Assembly: GCA_973895155.1 (NCBI GenBank)
Contig: OZ316891.1
Location: 4,993,708-5,057,707, forward strand
From: Marsupella aquatica
Lineage: Eukaryota > Plantae > Marchantiophyta
Direction of reading: 5' to 3'
Length of the DNA stretch: 64,000 nt
Position numbers and translations under genes: made by a program. This document shows positions 13,016-25,597 of this stretch, piece after piece; position 1 is the first letter of the stretch, and each line of letters opens with the position of its first letter. Below the pieces are notes generated by a model that saw nothing but the letters and a program-made list of their open reading frames with translations, made no database searches and had not been told where the DNA came from.

Positions 13016-13645
13016 TTAATTACCCTACCTTGGGATACAAAGACCAAGTCTTGAGACCCTAGCACTATTGACTGAGCCACTTTACAAGATAAACAATGAC
13101 ATCAAACGGCGGAGCCTAAGTTGAGATGCCAGCTTGGCTCCATCCAGGCTCGGTTTGGCTTGGATCTGCGTGGGGTAGGGTCGGGCACTCCGGCCTCCGG
13201 GAACAAATGAAAAAGTACAGACAAGATGAGGGGATGACAACACATCTACAAATACAACACTGCCACAACAACAACTATAAAACACACCCCCGCATTGTGC
13301 TACCCTACAGTGGTGCATACTCCAAAGCAGTACGTCTATCCAGTTGGATGGGTCTACTTTTGGCTTTCGCGGACCCAAAAAAAACCCGCACCCCCACATT
13401 GGGTTAGTGTGATCATATTATTCTTAATTAACTACCTTACCTGGGATACAGGACCCAAGTTTAAGACCCCACCCCTATTGACTGAGTGACTTCACAACCA
13501 GATCCATTGACATCAGACCACGGAGCCTACGGTGAGATGAGGTGACAGCTTGGCACCGCCCAGGCTTGGCTCGGATTCAGCGAGGGCACCGACGGGCCGG
13601 GTCGGGGTAGGATCGGGGTAGGATCGGGGTAGGATCGGGCACTCG
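13016..13645. repeat. Diverged direct repeat (~180-220 bp units at ~13016-13195 and ~13425-13645) ending in a (ggatcggggta)n microsatellite
   Basis: Shared blocks ttaatta.ctacc..gggataca, ctattgactgag, tgacatca.ac..cggagccta and cagcttggc.cc..ccaggct. Confidence 0.7.
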
Positions 13646-14350
13646 GGGAAAGAGGAGCGAGTACGGAGAAAAGAGAGAAAAGAGAGAAAGCGAGAAGACG
13701 AGGAAACGAACGAAGGATCAGCTATGGCGATGAAGAACAATAATGCAGTTGTTCTCTGTTCGTCGTCCCCACAGGACCACTGGAAAAGGGAGGAGAGGGA
13801 GAGCGTGGAGTTCAGGGAAGGCGCAAGAGGACGCGAATAAAGCGCCGTGAAATCCGCAACACATACGCGTGGGAAAGTGGAGTTCGGAACATTATTGATT
13901 GCTGATGACACAGTTTAGTGAAGTCGGTCGACAACTGGTGAGACATGAGAGTTACTGCTTTATGACAAGTATATCGCCTCATAGCTTTACGTACTGCACT
14001 TTGGTTTCGGAGAAAAGGCACTCACACAGAATTGGAGGACGGTGGACGTTTCTGTAATTGAAAGGGGGGAGGGGAAGGGATTTTGGTTGTAAGCCAGTAC
14101 ATTAGGTCTTAACACCATTGGGACCTTGCTCTCATTGCAGAGGAATGTGTAGGTTTGTAAGGGAGACAACGGATTTTGGCGAAAAGGAGGAATAGAGGAA
14201 AGCCTGGATCGCATGCAGGTGAGACGGGGGTTGGTTGATCTCGTCAAGGAGGACGAGAAAGATCGTCCGTAGAGGGGTAGAGGAGGAGAAGAATGGTAGT
14301 ATTGGGAGATGGCACAGTAGATTATTGTTATCGCGTGACAACTCTTGTCA

Positions 14351-16980
14351 ATGCTCGCTATGCGCCTCCAGAAGTTAGTCATAGTAATGGCTCCGCAGCA
14401 GCAGCTGCAGCTGCACTGGCAGCGACGGTGGCATCCAGTGGGGGTCCTCCACGCCGCCCTCCTCCTCCTCTGCCTAGCGCTTCTAATGCACGCTTCTGTC
14501 ACGTCGGCTGATGCTCGGCCTCTTCCTTCCGGTAATGTGACTCACTGCTTCCTCTTCTCTTGTTGATGTGTTGAATTTGGCAGTTCCATTTCGGTTGTGG
14601 CTCTTTTTTACTGGATTGTACCTCTTCGGGACGGAGGATTCTGTAAGAAGAGGATGTTTGTGTCAGCACTAATGTGAACTCTATTTTCCCCTGGGGTTAC
14701 TTAGAGGTGAAGTGCTCAAATTGAAGCAAGGGCATGGGAGCTCAATTGTACAGAAAGGGTACTGCCATAAAGGGCTGCACTTTTGAAACTGTTCATGCAC
14801 TCGTGCGTTCATTTCTGTGTCAACTCACGGTCCTTTGTACAGACGGTTTAGGTTACTTGTGGTTTGACATTGCAGGCAGGAGCTTAACTTTTCTGAAGTA
14901 TGAAATTTGAGAGGTGATTGGTGGCTCATCTGTTCCCGTCTCTTATGCAGAAAATACTACTGGATATAACTCGAGCCCAGCTGAACAACCCGAGGAAGGA
15001 ACTCCTTCACAACAGGTAATGCATTATCCTTTTCTTACTTCCTTTATCCGACTTTTTCTCGCTGTCTCCCGTGGTACGCGGGGCCATTGACATGTACAAC
15101 ATGTGCGATCTATGCGTTTTCTCTCTTTCTCCTGAAAATTGGAGACGACTGAGATTTCTATTGACAGTCCTGGGATGGGTGGTATTGGAGCCGGGAAGGG
15201 GGGTGGGGGAAGCCGGAAGAACTTCCAGGGTCCTTTGGACTCCTAGTGCCCACAGAATATCTGTTGGGTAACCAACGCTGTCGCCATGTTGCAATTCTTT
15301 TCCGAAGGAGGCATTCTAAATTACTTTGATAGTCATCCTCGGACATGGAACTGATAGGACAGCTCCCAAAATGACAAAATAAATATTAAGACTGTAACCT
15401 GAGTGAAACATGACCATAACTTTTATCTATTGTGTTTCGAAACACACGGCCACTCAGCTATGGCTCTCAGAGAGTGCATTTCTCCCAAGGTTATCAGTCA
15501 GAGTCAGCAATGGGAGACCATTAGTGTGTCCCGTAGTAATCATATTGAAGGGCTGTATCGGGGGACAGGTGCAACCTTTCGCCTTCTGTCTCCCATGTCT
15601 GTTTTGTAAATTGTGTGTTTTTTGCTGGTTCATTTTGTAAAGGTCTTTTGTGGTTTTCTGGCTCTACTCCAATTGAGTGCTATTACTCTGCTATGACTAG
15701 TAGGAAGAGCGCTCCTTCCGCTCGTCAGGAGGCGATGCAGGTGCCTTCGGGAGTTTTAGGCTTAGGAAGCTCCCAAATGTGTACACAATGTTCTCCGATT
15801 TGAGGTCTGAGATTAAGGGTTTGCATCTTGTATGAGTCTCAGGGCATATCCAGCCGTGTTTAATAGATCTTTTACTCCCCGGAAGAAAGAGGGTTACCTG
15901 CTGTGGAAGCCTGCTCTTTTCAGCTTCCTTAGTTGTTCACCCTTGGTCGCCCTTCCCAGATTCGCTGTACTGGTTCGCGGTTGATGCATTGCATTCTATC
16001 TTTCGAGTGATCAGATTTATAATAGGGAACTTGCCCGTGTTTGTTAGAGTTACAACACTTCGCAGCGGATGACTTATTTCACCTTATTTGCACCAAACTT
16101 TGCTTCAACCTTACAGAAGTAATCTGTAAGACTTTGCTTTTTTATCTCACTGTAGAAAGAATTTGCACTGATGCAAGAGTTCCCTGAAAGTCGTGAAATG
16201 TTTACGGTAAACGGGGAGAAGGTATTACTGCTAATTTGAGAAGACGAACCCAAACTGACTGTGATGATGTTTTACGCCTTTTTCCGGTTCCTTGGAGCAG
16301 AAATGCTGTCAGATTTCAGACTCCTTTGATGGATCATTCCCATTGGTACTATTCCTTGTCATCTAGCAACTTGGATGGGGTATCTTGACATGTCTGAGGA
16401 CCTCTCTTGGTCTCAGGCGAATTCACCATTACGATAGTCTGCTAATGGGGTGTTAGGCAAGCATCTTTTAGTCATGGCAGTCTTATTTGTTCCTCCTCCT
16501 GCCTTTGGATGGTCGGGAGGAAAGGCATCGACAAGTCTGTTTAATTAATTGCCCTTCGATCCAGAGAAGTTTGACAATTTACCCGGGAATGGTGTGCATC
16601 TCTTATGTTTGCTTTATATTTGTCCATGACAGCTTATCGATTCTTCGTTTTGACCGTGTGAGTCCCGTCATTAAGATGAGACAGGCACTCCTTACCCAGA
16701 TTTTGACTTACGTGCCATAAGCTACATCCAGCGTAGTTCATGTGGTGCTGTCAAGTTATCTAGTTGTACTGAGATTGTTGGATATCTTATTTTGCAGATC
16801 GCTCCCTTTGAGATGACTGTACTGCCCAACAGTGACGCTGATGAAGACAATCTGAAGGATTGCACAGCCCTGCCCGATTCCTCAAGTGAACCGTGTGTGA
16901 GTGATGGCCGAATGCTAGCAGCAGACTACGGACCTCCTGGAGGAAACCAAAACTCTCATCCCGCTGCCCCCATTCCATAA
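14351..16980 (+). CDS. Secreted sulfotyrosine peptide hormone precursor, PSY-like (3 exons, ~130-142 aa)
   Basis: Exons 14351 (or 14387)-14531, 14951-15015 and 16798-16980 splice in frame at GT-AG sites. The product has a hydrophobic signal peptide (LHAALLLLCLALLMHASVTSADA-RPL), an acidic prodomain, and the C-terminus ...GRMLAA-DYGPPGGNQNSHPAAPIP*. Confidence 0.8.
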
Positions 16981-17950
16981 GTCATGTAGAATACTCCAGT
17001 GGCGGATCCATACATGGGTAATTAACTTTATGGGGTCTTACGGACTGCCGGACAATGGTTTCTTGCCCACCGCCATCTTTTTTCAGATGTGCTTAAGATA
17101 TTCTAATTTTCGAAAATTCAAATAGCGCAGCCTGACCTGGCGGTGAGTTCTCTAGTGCGTTACCATTTCTCCAATCCATATTTGGTTATTCGTGTTCGTT
17201 TTCTTTGCACCTTAGTATGTGAATAGTAGATTACGAGGGACCCCCGGGGGTCGAGCATTGGTGGTTTGTATCTTTAAAGCAATAAATTTGAGAAAGAAAA
17301 GGACCGTCTTGTACCATTGCATATAGAGCTATAAAGGAGAGATACCCTGCGATTGCCAGTGGGATGCAAGCCTTGCCAGCGATATGCCTCACAATGGATC
17401 CCCTCTTGATCGGAAGTTTCCTTGCTGGAGAAGCTCCCTTCCCTTATTGTACAATCAATTTATTTACATGATTGTGAGTCGTTACGAAACTCCCCATCCG
17501 TTTGCCCCAAATGTCTTTGCGAAGTGTGAATCTTTTCGACCTTCTGGTACAGTTGACCCTTTGTAATCGTAAATCCGGATCTCCCCATTTGGCTATAGGG
17601 GCTAATGATGCAATTTTTTGTAGTAGACCTTAAGAATCATATCCGGGTGCGCGGGCAGCCTTTGGTGATTTGTGGTTGTCTTTCACGGTTTTTATAGTTT
17701 CGGTTTTCGATTTGTTGTCCTCTGCGGCATCTCAATTTGGAGATCGCCACGCTGTTAATGTGAAACTTACTCTGATAAGCTAATATGTCATGTATTATAC
17801 TGGAGGCTAATCACAATGAGGCTAATTTACCCTGCTCTTCAGTTTGCCGCTCAGGGGGTTTTAGTTCGTTTGTTCTTGTTGGGATTCTCGGGCGTTTTGG
17901 CCTTCACTGGTTTCTCCATTGTTGTTTCCTCCTTATTGGGCCTCCTGCCC

Positions 17951-18095
17951 TGTCTTCACCAAAATACGAACTTGCATAAACAGCCCACAACAGGCAAAAT
18001 CCCAGTGCACAGAGGAGAAACAACCCAAAAAACAACTGCTCTCTGTTTGACAGTATCGAAGTTTCGAGAGAAAATTGTATGAGTGCCCCAGATTT
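17951..18095. repeat. Dispersed ~150-bp repeat shared with intronic 34631-34790
   Basis: Shared tgtcttcac...gaactt..ataaa.agcccacaacaggcaaaatcccagtgc.cagagg...aaaattgtatgagtg. Confidence 0.75.
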
Positions 18096-18099
18096 GAAT

Positions 18100-18926
18100 G
18101 TGTCACAGTCTCCTCAGTGGCAACTTACGCATACAGACTAATGGATCCAACCCTCTACAGATTTTCGATTTGACCTTAGTCACAATAATCTGAGTGCACC
18201 CATTTCATCCAATATCTTCAGCAATTCTGCGACATCGATACGTCGTCCGTGGCTTCAAAACAACAAATTCTCTGGGGACATTCTTGATGTTATTTATACC
18301 CTTGGTTTAAAGGACGCACTTGAGATGCGATTGGACAACAATCTCTTCACCGGAGACCTCTCAAGGATGGCAAATACCAGTTTACATCATTAATTCGGCC
18401 TAGTAGCTACTAATGGACCTTAGCAACAACGATCTTAAATGGAGTAAATCAGAAGCGATTCCTGACCCGGTAAGTTCTACCCTGGAGCCACTAATTTCTA
18501 GTCCGCCTTGCGGTAGGCTACAAGAGTTTCGAGCTGGAGGGAACAATTTCTCAGAAACACCTCTCCCTACTGCATGCTTTGTCAACTAGACTTATTCCTC
18601 GACCCTCTCTGTTCTGGACCTAGTAATAGTCACCTAATGGGAGAGATATTGGGCGCAGCGTTCAATAGCGCCTGTCAACCACCTTGTCTATCACGCCTCC
18701 AGTTACTAAACCTTTCCAACAATGTTGCAATTGGGTGATTCCCGCAAAGTGTCCTATCACCACGTCCATTCTCGGGTCAACAGTTTGTTATCGATGTATC
18801 CAACAATAATTAGTCTGGACCTCTTCCGTTGATACTTCCTAGCAGTAACATGTACAATCCCGTACTCTATTTGCAGGGGATCCCTTGCCTCCATGTGGCC
18901 AGTCCAGGCAAGAGACTGGTGTGCCA
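18100..18926 (+). pseudogene. Decayed partial tandem duplicate of the LRR ectodomain of the adjacent receptor kinase
   Basis: Colinear with ~19500-20290 (e.g. cttagtcacaataatctgagtg, ctcttcaccggagacctctcaaggatggcaaataccagt), with several stops and frameshifts. Similarity ends just before the TM segment. Confidence 0.85.
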
Positions 18927-18949
18927 TGATTTTGAGCACCAGAACCCAT

Positions 18950-21508
18950 AGGTCCCAGTTTGTCGCCAGTCTTCCTAAATGGAAAAACTTGAGCTGAGGT
19001 CGTGGATCAAGTCAACGGGAGATAATGCATACACTAAGGCAGACGCACGAGGATATCTCGACAATATAGCATCCAATATCTCTGCATGCCGAAACCTGCG
19101 CTTCGTCGCCCTCGAGCAAACCACTATATCAAGAGTTCCCTCTGGTATGCGCGATTTAGTCAACTTGCAATTTCTCAATCTTGCTGGTAACCAATTAGGT
19201 GGGCTGTTCCCCACACAAAAGCTGGGAGAATTAAGGTCTCTTGTCAGTTTAGATATTTCTGGTAATTCCTTTGAAGGTCGCATCCCTGCTCTTCCAAATC
19301 TAACCAATCTTGCTGAGTTGAAGCTTGACAACAACAGCTTTACAGGGTTCGAACAGCCGTGGTTACTCGGTACAAAGAGTCTGCAGCACTTCTCTGTCTC
19401 CAACAATTCACTCGAGGGCAACATTCCATCAAGCGTAACAAATTTTCGATATCTGCTGGTCCTCGACATGTCTCACAACAATTTGTCGGGCAATATACCC
19501 TCTGGATTTTCGGCAGTGCTGGGTAATGGACCCAACACTATACGGATGTTCGATCTTGACCTTAGTCACAATAATCTGAGTGGACCCATTCCGTCCAATA
19601 TCTTCAGCAATATTAATACAAGCATAGGGCGTCTGTGGCTTCAAAACAACAAACTCTCTGGGGACATTCTTGATGTAATTCATGCTCCTGGTTTGCAGCG
19701 CACTTACGAGATGCGACTGGACAACAATCTCTTCACCGGAGACCTCTCAAGGATGGCAAATACCAGTGTTCCAATAGACTTCCGAATAATGGACCTTAGC
19801 AACAACCATCTTCAATGGAGTATATCAGAAGCGATTCCTGACCCTGTAAAGGCTACGCTAGAGGCGTTCAGCTCTGAAGGTCCCCTACAAGAGTTTCGAG
19901 CTGGAGGGAACAATTTCTCAGGAACACCTCTCCCTACTGCATGCTTTGTCAATAAGAGCTCGATCGGATTCCTCTCTGTTCTCGTAATAGTCACTTAACG
20001 GGGGAGATAGTAGGTGCAGCGTTTAGTAACACCTGTCTACCAGGTATCCAGTTACTAAACCTTTCTAACAATGATGCAATCGGGCCATTCCCGGAAAGTA
20101 TCCAATCACCACGTTCTGGTCAACAGTTTGTTGTCGATGTATCCAACAATAATCTGTCTGGACCTCTTCCATTGATACCTCCTAGTAGTAACCTGTACAA
20201 TCCCAAGTACTTTGCAGAAAACGATGGACTTTGTGGTGATCCCTTACCTCCATGTCTCCAGTCCAGGCAAGGGACTGGTGTGCAATGGTGGGTGTTTTTG
20301 GTCATAATTGGTGGATCTGTGACAATAGCTATGGGAAGCTGTTTGGCTGCATTTTGGCGATGGAGAGTGTACCAGAAACAACATGAGCAAGATGCTGATC
20401 TGATCAGGACATTACTGGAGAGGGATTCTGCAGCGTCGCTTCGAGAGCTCAAGAAAGCCACAGATAACTTTGCGGCCAGTGCACAAATTGGAGAGGGAGG
20501 CTTTGGGACTGTTTACACGGGCAAGCTCAATGACGGGACTATTGTTGCCATTAAGAGAAGCAAGCGGGAGGGAACTGCAAAGGATAAGGAGCAGTTTCTT
20601 AATGAGGTCAGGATCTTGTCGCACGTGAACCATCGTCACCTTGTAAAGCTTCTTGGTTGTTGTATGGAGAACAAGATTGCTGTGCTTGTCTTCGAGTTTG
20701 TTTCAAATGGCACACTTCAAGAGCATCTTCAAGGCAAAATTGCGGCAAGTTATCTGAGCTGGAAACAACGACTTGATATTGCTGTTCAGACAGCGGATGC
20801 TCTCAATTACCTTCATTCGGCAGCGACATTTCCTATTTTCCACAGGGATGTGAAGTCGGCCAACATTTTGTTGAATGAGGATCTTGATGCTAAGGTGGCA
20901 GATTTTGGTATCTCAAAGTTGGCTCCCCTTCGTGCCACCCATGTGTCGACAGTTGCAGTCCAAGGTACCATTGGCTACATCGATCCCGAGTACTACACAT
21001 CGTTTCAGCTAACTTATAAAAGTGATGTGTACAGCTTTGGCGTGGTTCTTCTAGAGCTCATATCAGCCAAGCCTGCGCTTGACTTTCACAGAGTGGAGAT
21101 GAAACGAGTCTGGTGAATTTGGCTCGTCCCTACCTTCTTAAAGGAGATTTGGAGGAATTCATCGATCCCCTTCTGACGGAGAACTATGAAGACCCAACTG
21201 CCGGTGTGAGTGAGTCGATCTTGAATGTTGGAAGATTGGCCATGAAATGTTTGGACATGCAATCAAGACGGAGACCAAGAATGAATGAGGTGCTAAATGA
21301 GCTTCAAAACCTTGGGCTGATGTTACGTGGCACACCAAAGAACTTGGAGTCTATCGATGAGGATGAGAATGAAGATTTACTGTGTGACAACATTATCCTC
21401 CTTTCCAAATCGTTCTCTGGGAATAGCTGTACTTTTACCACAGAAAGTGATGGTGGCGGCATTGAGAGGTCACACTTTCCTCCCCTTTCTGAAAGATCCA
21501 TAGGGTAG
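18950..21508 (+). pseudogene. Intronless LRR receptor-like kinase with a WAK-type kinase domain, 5'-truncated and frameshifted
   Basis: Plant LRRs (LDxSxNxLxGxIP), capping motif NDGLCG, a TM segment (WWVFLVIIGGSVTIAMGSCLAAFW) and an RD kinase (GEGGFGTVY, HRDVKSANILL, DFG, GTIGYIDPEYY). Frameshifts near 19983 and ~21095 split it into three ORFs. No signal peptide is visible. Confidence 0.85.
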
Positions 21509-23818
21509 TGAGTATGACTAAATTCTCGTTGTTGTGCCAGAGTATGCGTTGTGATCACATTCAGTAATGAGTTGATTGTGTCAGTTTTTCCGATCAACTG
21601 CATGAGTATGGCAAAAACGAGCTGCGAGCAACCTTTGACCCGAATGTTCATTTGCTATCGACAGCGTTGTGAATGCTTGAAATTCTCCTGTGTTGTGTTG
21701 TTTCCGTGCTTTACGAATGTAGGAATGTTCTGGGCAGAGGCATTGTGGGCATAGCTCCCAGGAAAATGAGGGCTTTAGCTCAAGTTTTTAGGGGCTTCTG
21801 TTGCCCACAATGCAGTTGTAAACAGGACTTTCATACACTGAAAAGGCCTACTGTAGAACAATTTTTACTTAGTTCCCAATTCACGGATAAATTTAATAAT
21901 TCACTCACTAACTACGAACTATGCTTTCTTTGAAGAAATTTTCTGAACACTGAATTATTACTTGTAAGAGAGGAGTAATATACACATTGAGCGCCCCCTC
22001 AGATGTCAGACAGGTATGACAGGCGCAAGTAGAGGGGAAGCGCTGGGTAGTATTGTCCTATGTGAATAAATGGACAACCGTTAGTCGGTAGTCGAGCTAC
22101 TTAACCTAAATGCCTAGCTGCTAAGCTTAATTAATTACATGGAGCGACAGCAAACAGGTGGGGTGGTAGTTAGCGTGATGAATGGGAGAACCCGAGGACT
22201 AAATACATATGTATGTAGTCCTGAACTTTCAACATTCTTAATCTCCAGAACAGCACAGAAATTACAACAGAAATTACAAAGTGAATCACGAAAGGCACTA
22301 AGTATAGAATATGGCAAAAAGTTATGGACTATGAATTTCATAGTGTGGCATACCATTACCATTAGTCACTATAGAGGCTAGTGACAAAAAGAAAAACACT
22401 TTTCCAGAACCTTGTGAAAAATTTATGACCATTCCTTTACTGCCAAATGCCCAGACCCCATGCCCATCTGTCACTACTCACAATTTATCATTTTCTGTCA
22501 CCAGAGAAATGATGGGCCATGACTTCACTCTACTGAGTACCTCATGAACGGTAGACTTTGCTCTTGAAGTAAAGTATAGATGCATAACTCTAGGATTCTT
22601 TTTATTGTATGGTTGATAAAGGAAGACACTCTGGGTGACCAGGATATCCTTAAAAGCTGGTGTAATAGGGCACCTATTCTGTGCTCAATGTGTCACTCTC
22701 CCCTAGTTCACACACTCCTTGAAACCATTATTCCCACCACTACAACCCACCCATCACTTTCCATTTGCAAATTTTGGTGGGGCACTCTAGAATCCTAGGT
22801 TCCAACTCTATACTACTCACCGCCATTAGTCTTATGTCACAGATAGTGCTTCACTCAATAGTGTTAGTAAGTCTAAATCACGGGAAGAAGTATTTTGACA
22901 AGAAAATAACAGTAATTGTGGATCATTTGTAACCTTAAATAGTATTTGTGGTTTATAGATTTATGAATTTATTTTGCCCATTCAAGAACAGTGATTTATT
23001 GATTTGCTCTGTTCACTTGTATGATGAACAGAAATCTTGATTGACTCCTCCATTTTGCAATGGGGATTCATAATATTTTGTTTTTCCATAACCCCTAAAA
23101 TGTAATTTCCTATCACAAGTGATGCTTTTGTATGCATCCCAACTCTAGCTTACTCTAGCTTTTGTTTGCGATTTAGTGGTAAGATTGTGCACCCATTGGA
23201 AAATGAGCTAGTGGCAGAGTAAAACCAAGGGGGGATTTCATTCGGCTAAAATGGGGGTTTAAACACGAAATGCACAATTGTTTGGACGGAAATCTGTACG
23301 CTCGTTATTTGGCGGGGGAGTGGTCAATGGAGAGAATCAATTCGTCGCCTGCTGTTATTGATGATCTTGGCTTCGCTGAAATGGCCATAATCGAATTCGT
23401 GCAGTCGAAGAATCGGTATTGAGCTTCGACACTCTTAGAGCGAGAGATGAGCGCGAATCAGTCAGTGTAGGGTTTAGTGTGGGAGAAATGAATGCGGAGA
23501 CGAAGAATGGATTCCGATTATGTGCGCAGCAAAATGAGCTCTGGAGCTCCTGAACCAGGAGAGTCGACGAGAGCATGGGCCTCGATTTTGGAGAAAATCA
23601 CAACATTGTAGCGGAGCGTTTGTGGAATTAGCGGCCAGCTATGCGCGAAGAGGCGGAGGTCCTGCAAGCTCAGGATTGGAGCCTTAGAAATCGATCGGCT
23701 TGAAGTGACAAGAAAGGTCTGTGAGTATCAGTCCTTTAGCAACTGGTTGAGGACAAGGTGGCTTGTTTGCTGCGTGGCTCGGCTTAGTTCTTTTGCTGTG
23801 GAAGGCCGGCTCAGCGCC

Positions 23819-25597
23819 ATGTCGCTTGTGGATGCGAGCTACGGCTCGGACGACGACGACGACGTAGTGGAAGCCCAGGAAGAGGAGGATGAGGAGGAGA
23901 AGAAGAATGGTATGGAGCTTCCAGCCTCGACCATGCCTACTCCTGTTCGGAGCGAGGATTCTCTAGACGCCAGGGCCATTGCACCGGCTGTTGTTTCCCC
24001 CTTCGCATCCTCCATGATGTGAGTAACCCTAACATGTAGGTCCTCGTGAGGGATGTTGTCAAATTCGTTTTGGCAAGCGGAGTGAGTTTTTCGTTCAAAA
24101 CGAATGCAAAGAGTGAAAGAAGAATTGTGAAGGTATCCGGACCTCTAACAGGCGCTATGGCAGAAAGTCCATCCATGAAAGAGAGCTTGACAAAAGTAAG
24201 AAAGATTTATGTGGGGCAAAAATTCAGCCCCTCTGCAGATTTGCCTTTGGACTATCAATTTGAAACTTGTGCGCTGGCTGGTCCTGGTGGGCAAGGAATC
24301 TCTGCACACAAAATAGCTACCCTAGAAAAGAGGAATTGAGGCTCTTGACCTAGCTTTTGCCGAATTCTACTGGAATTATTATGAGGATCCAACCTAAGTT
24401 CGCTTTATTCATCGTATTCTAGTCTTAAGTTCAGTGTCATGCTCTGTCTCGCAAGGGGTTTTCCCCGAGAAACTTTTTGAAGACACTTTTGTGATAATTT
24501 GTTGTTGTAATTGAACTTCTGGGGTGGCTATGAATTTTTTGGAGTCTCCTTGACAATTTGTGGAAATTGCCCGTTGGATTGTATTTATCTAGCCACGAAT
24601 ACATAATCATGCCGAACGAACGAATGAATGAACTTATGAATGAATTTGTGAAGACCAAGGCTCTTGTCGCAGCACCTGAGAGGTTTTTACCGACGAGCCG
24701 CGAGTAAGAATGATTAAAGAATGGAGACAGTGTGGGACAGACTTGGGCACTAGGTAACTACACTAGGTAACTAAGTGCTGTGGTGACATCGGGAGGTAAA
24801 CGAGTAGGAATAGGTTTGAAATTGGACTCACGGTGCTTGTATTTGCAGTGAAAGGCATTCAGCTCGAGTGGTCCTTCCTCCGAGCGTGAGGTTGCCCACG
24901 GATTCAGCAACTCGAATGATTTTACCAGATGTGTCTGAGCTTCTTGGACCCAGCGCTTCGGACCCCAAAACAACATCGGAGACATCGAAGAAACGGCCTG
25001 CAGCAAATGGTTCAGTGAATTCATTGCCTCGCTCCAAACTCCCCCGTGGAAATCTCCTGCCAGCCAGAATTGCCCCGGATACAGCGGGAGGGCTGCTCAC
25101 TCCTCCTCAACTAAGAGGAAGGTCTGTCTTCGCGGAATTGCTCTACTCTTGCTCTGCTTAGAGATGGCTGCTTTAGGATTCTCTCAGGTCCTGCCCCGAG
25201 CCATGAAAAGGTCACTTAAGTGCAATTGAGGTCAAGTGGGGTGTGTTCCTTTTTGGCTTTCTCGGTAGATCTTGTGTAGGATGGAAAGTAACAAGTGTGG
25301 TTACAGGATCCTGAACGAGCAGATTTCTTGTCGTCCGATATGTCAATAAGCATTTTCATCATAGTCTGATTAAGGTCATCTAGCTTTTTCGGAGAATTCA
25401 GACTGAGTACATCTCCTTTCATTGGTGTCGTCAATCAGTATGTTTAGGATTATGAGTGGCAGCTTTCCTTTTTCACTTGAGTTTTCAAACAGCGTTTTGT
25501 GTTTTGTATCTGATAAGGTTCTCTTGTGAGAATTTGCAGAAGCAATGTGGCTACGGAGGATCTCGACAAAATCTTCAGTCGTAAGCAAACAAGATGA
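23819..25597 (+). CDS. Small conserved plant protein of unknown function (acidic N-terminus MSLVDASYGSDDDD, C-terminal LTPPQLRGRSNVATED), 3 exons
   Basis: Exons 23819-24018, 24849-25121 and 25540-25597 splice in frame with gtgagt/ttgcag-type sites. The motif DTAGGLLTPPQLRGRSNVATEDL resembles an uncharacterised plant family as recalled. Confidence 0.8.

Noticed and set aside
18979-21508. Calling the receptor PSYR/PSKR or three separate genes
   Set aside because: The kinase motifs are WAK-type. The three ORFs are frameshifted parts of one gene, with no splice sites that restore frame.
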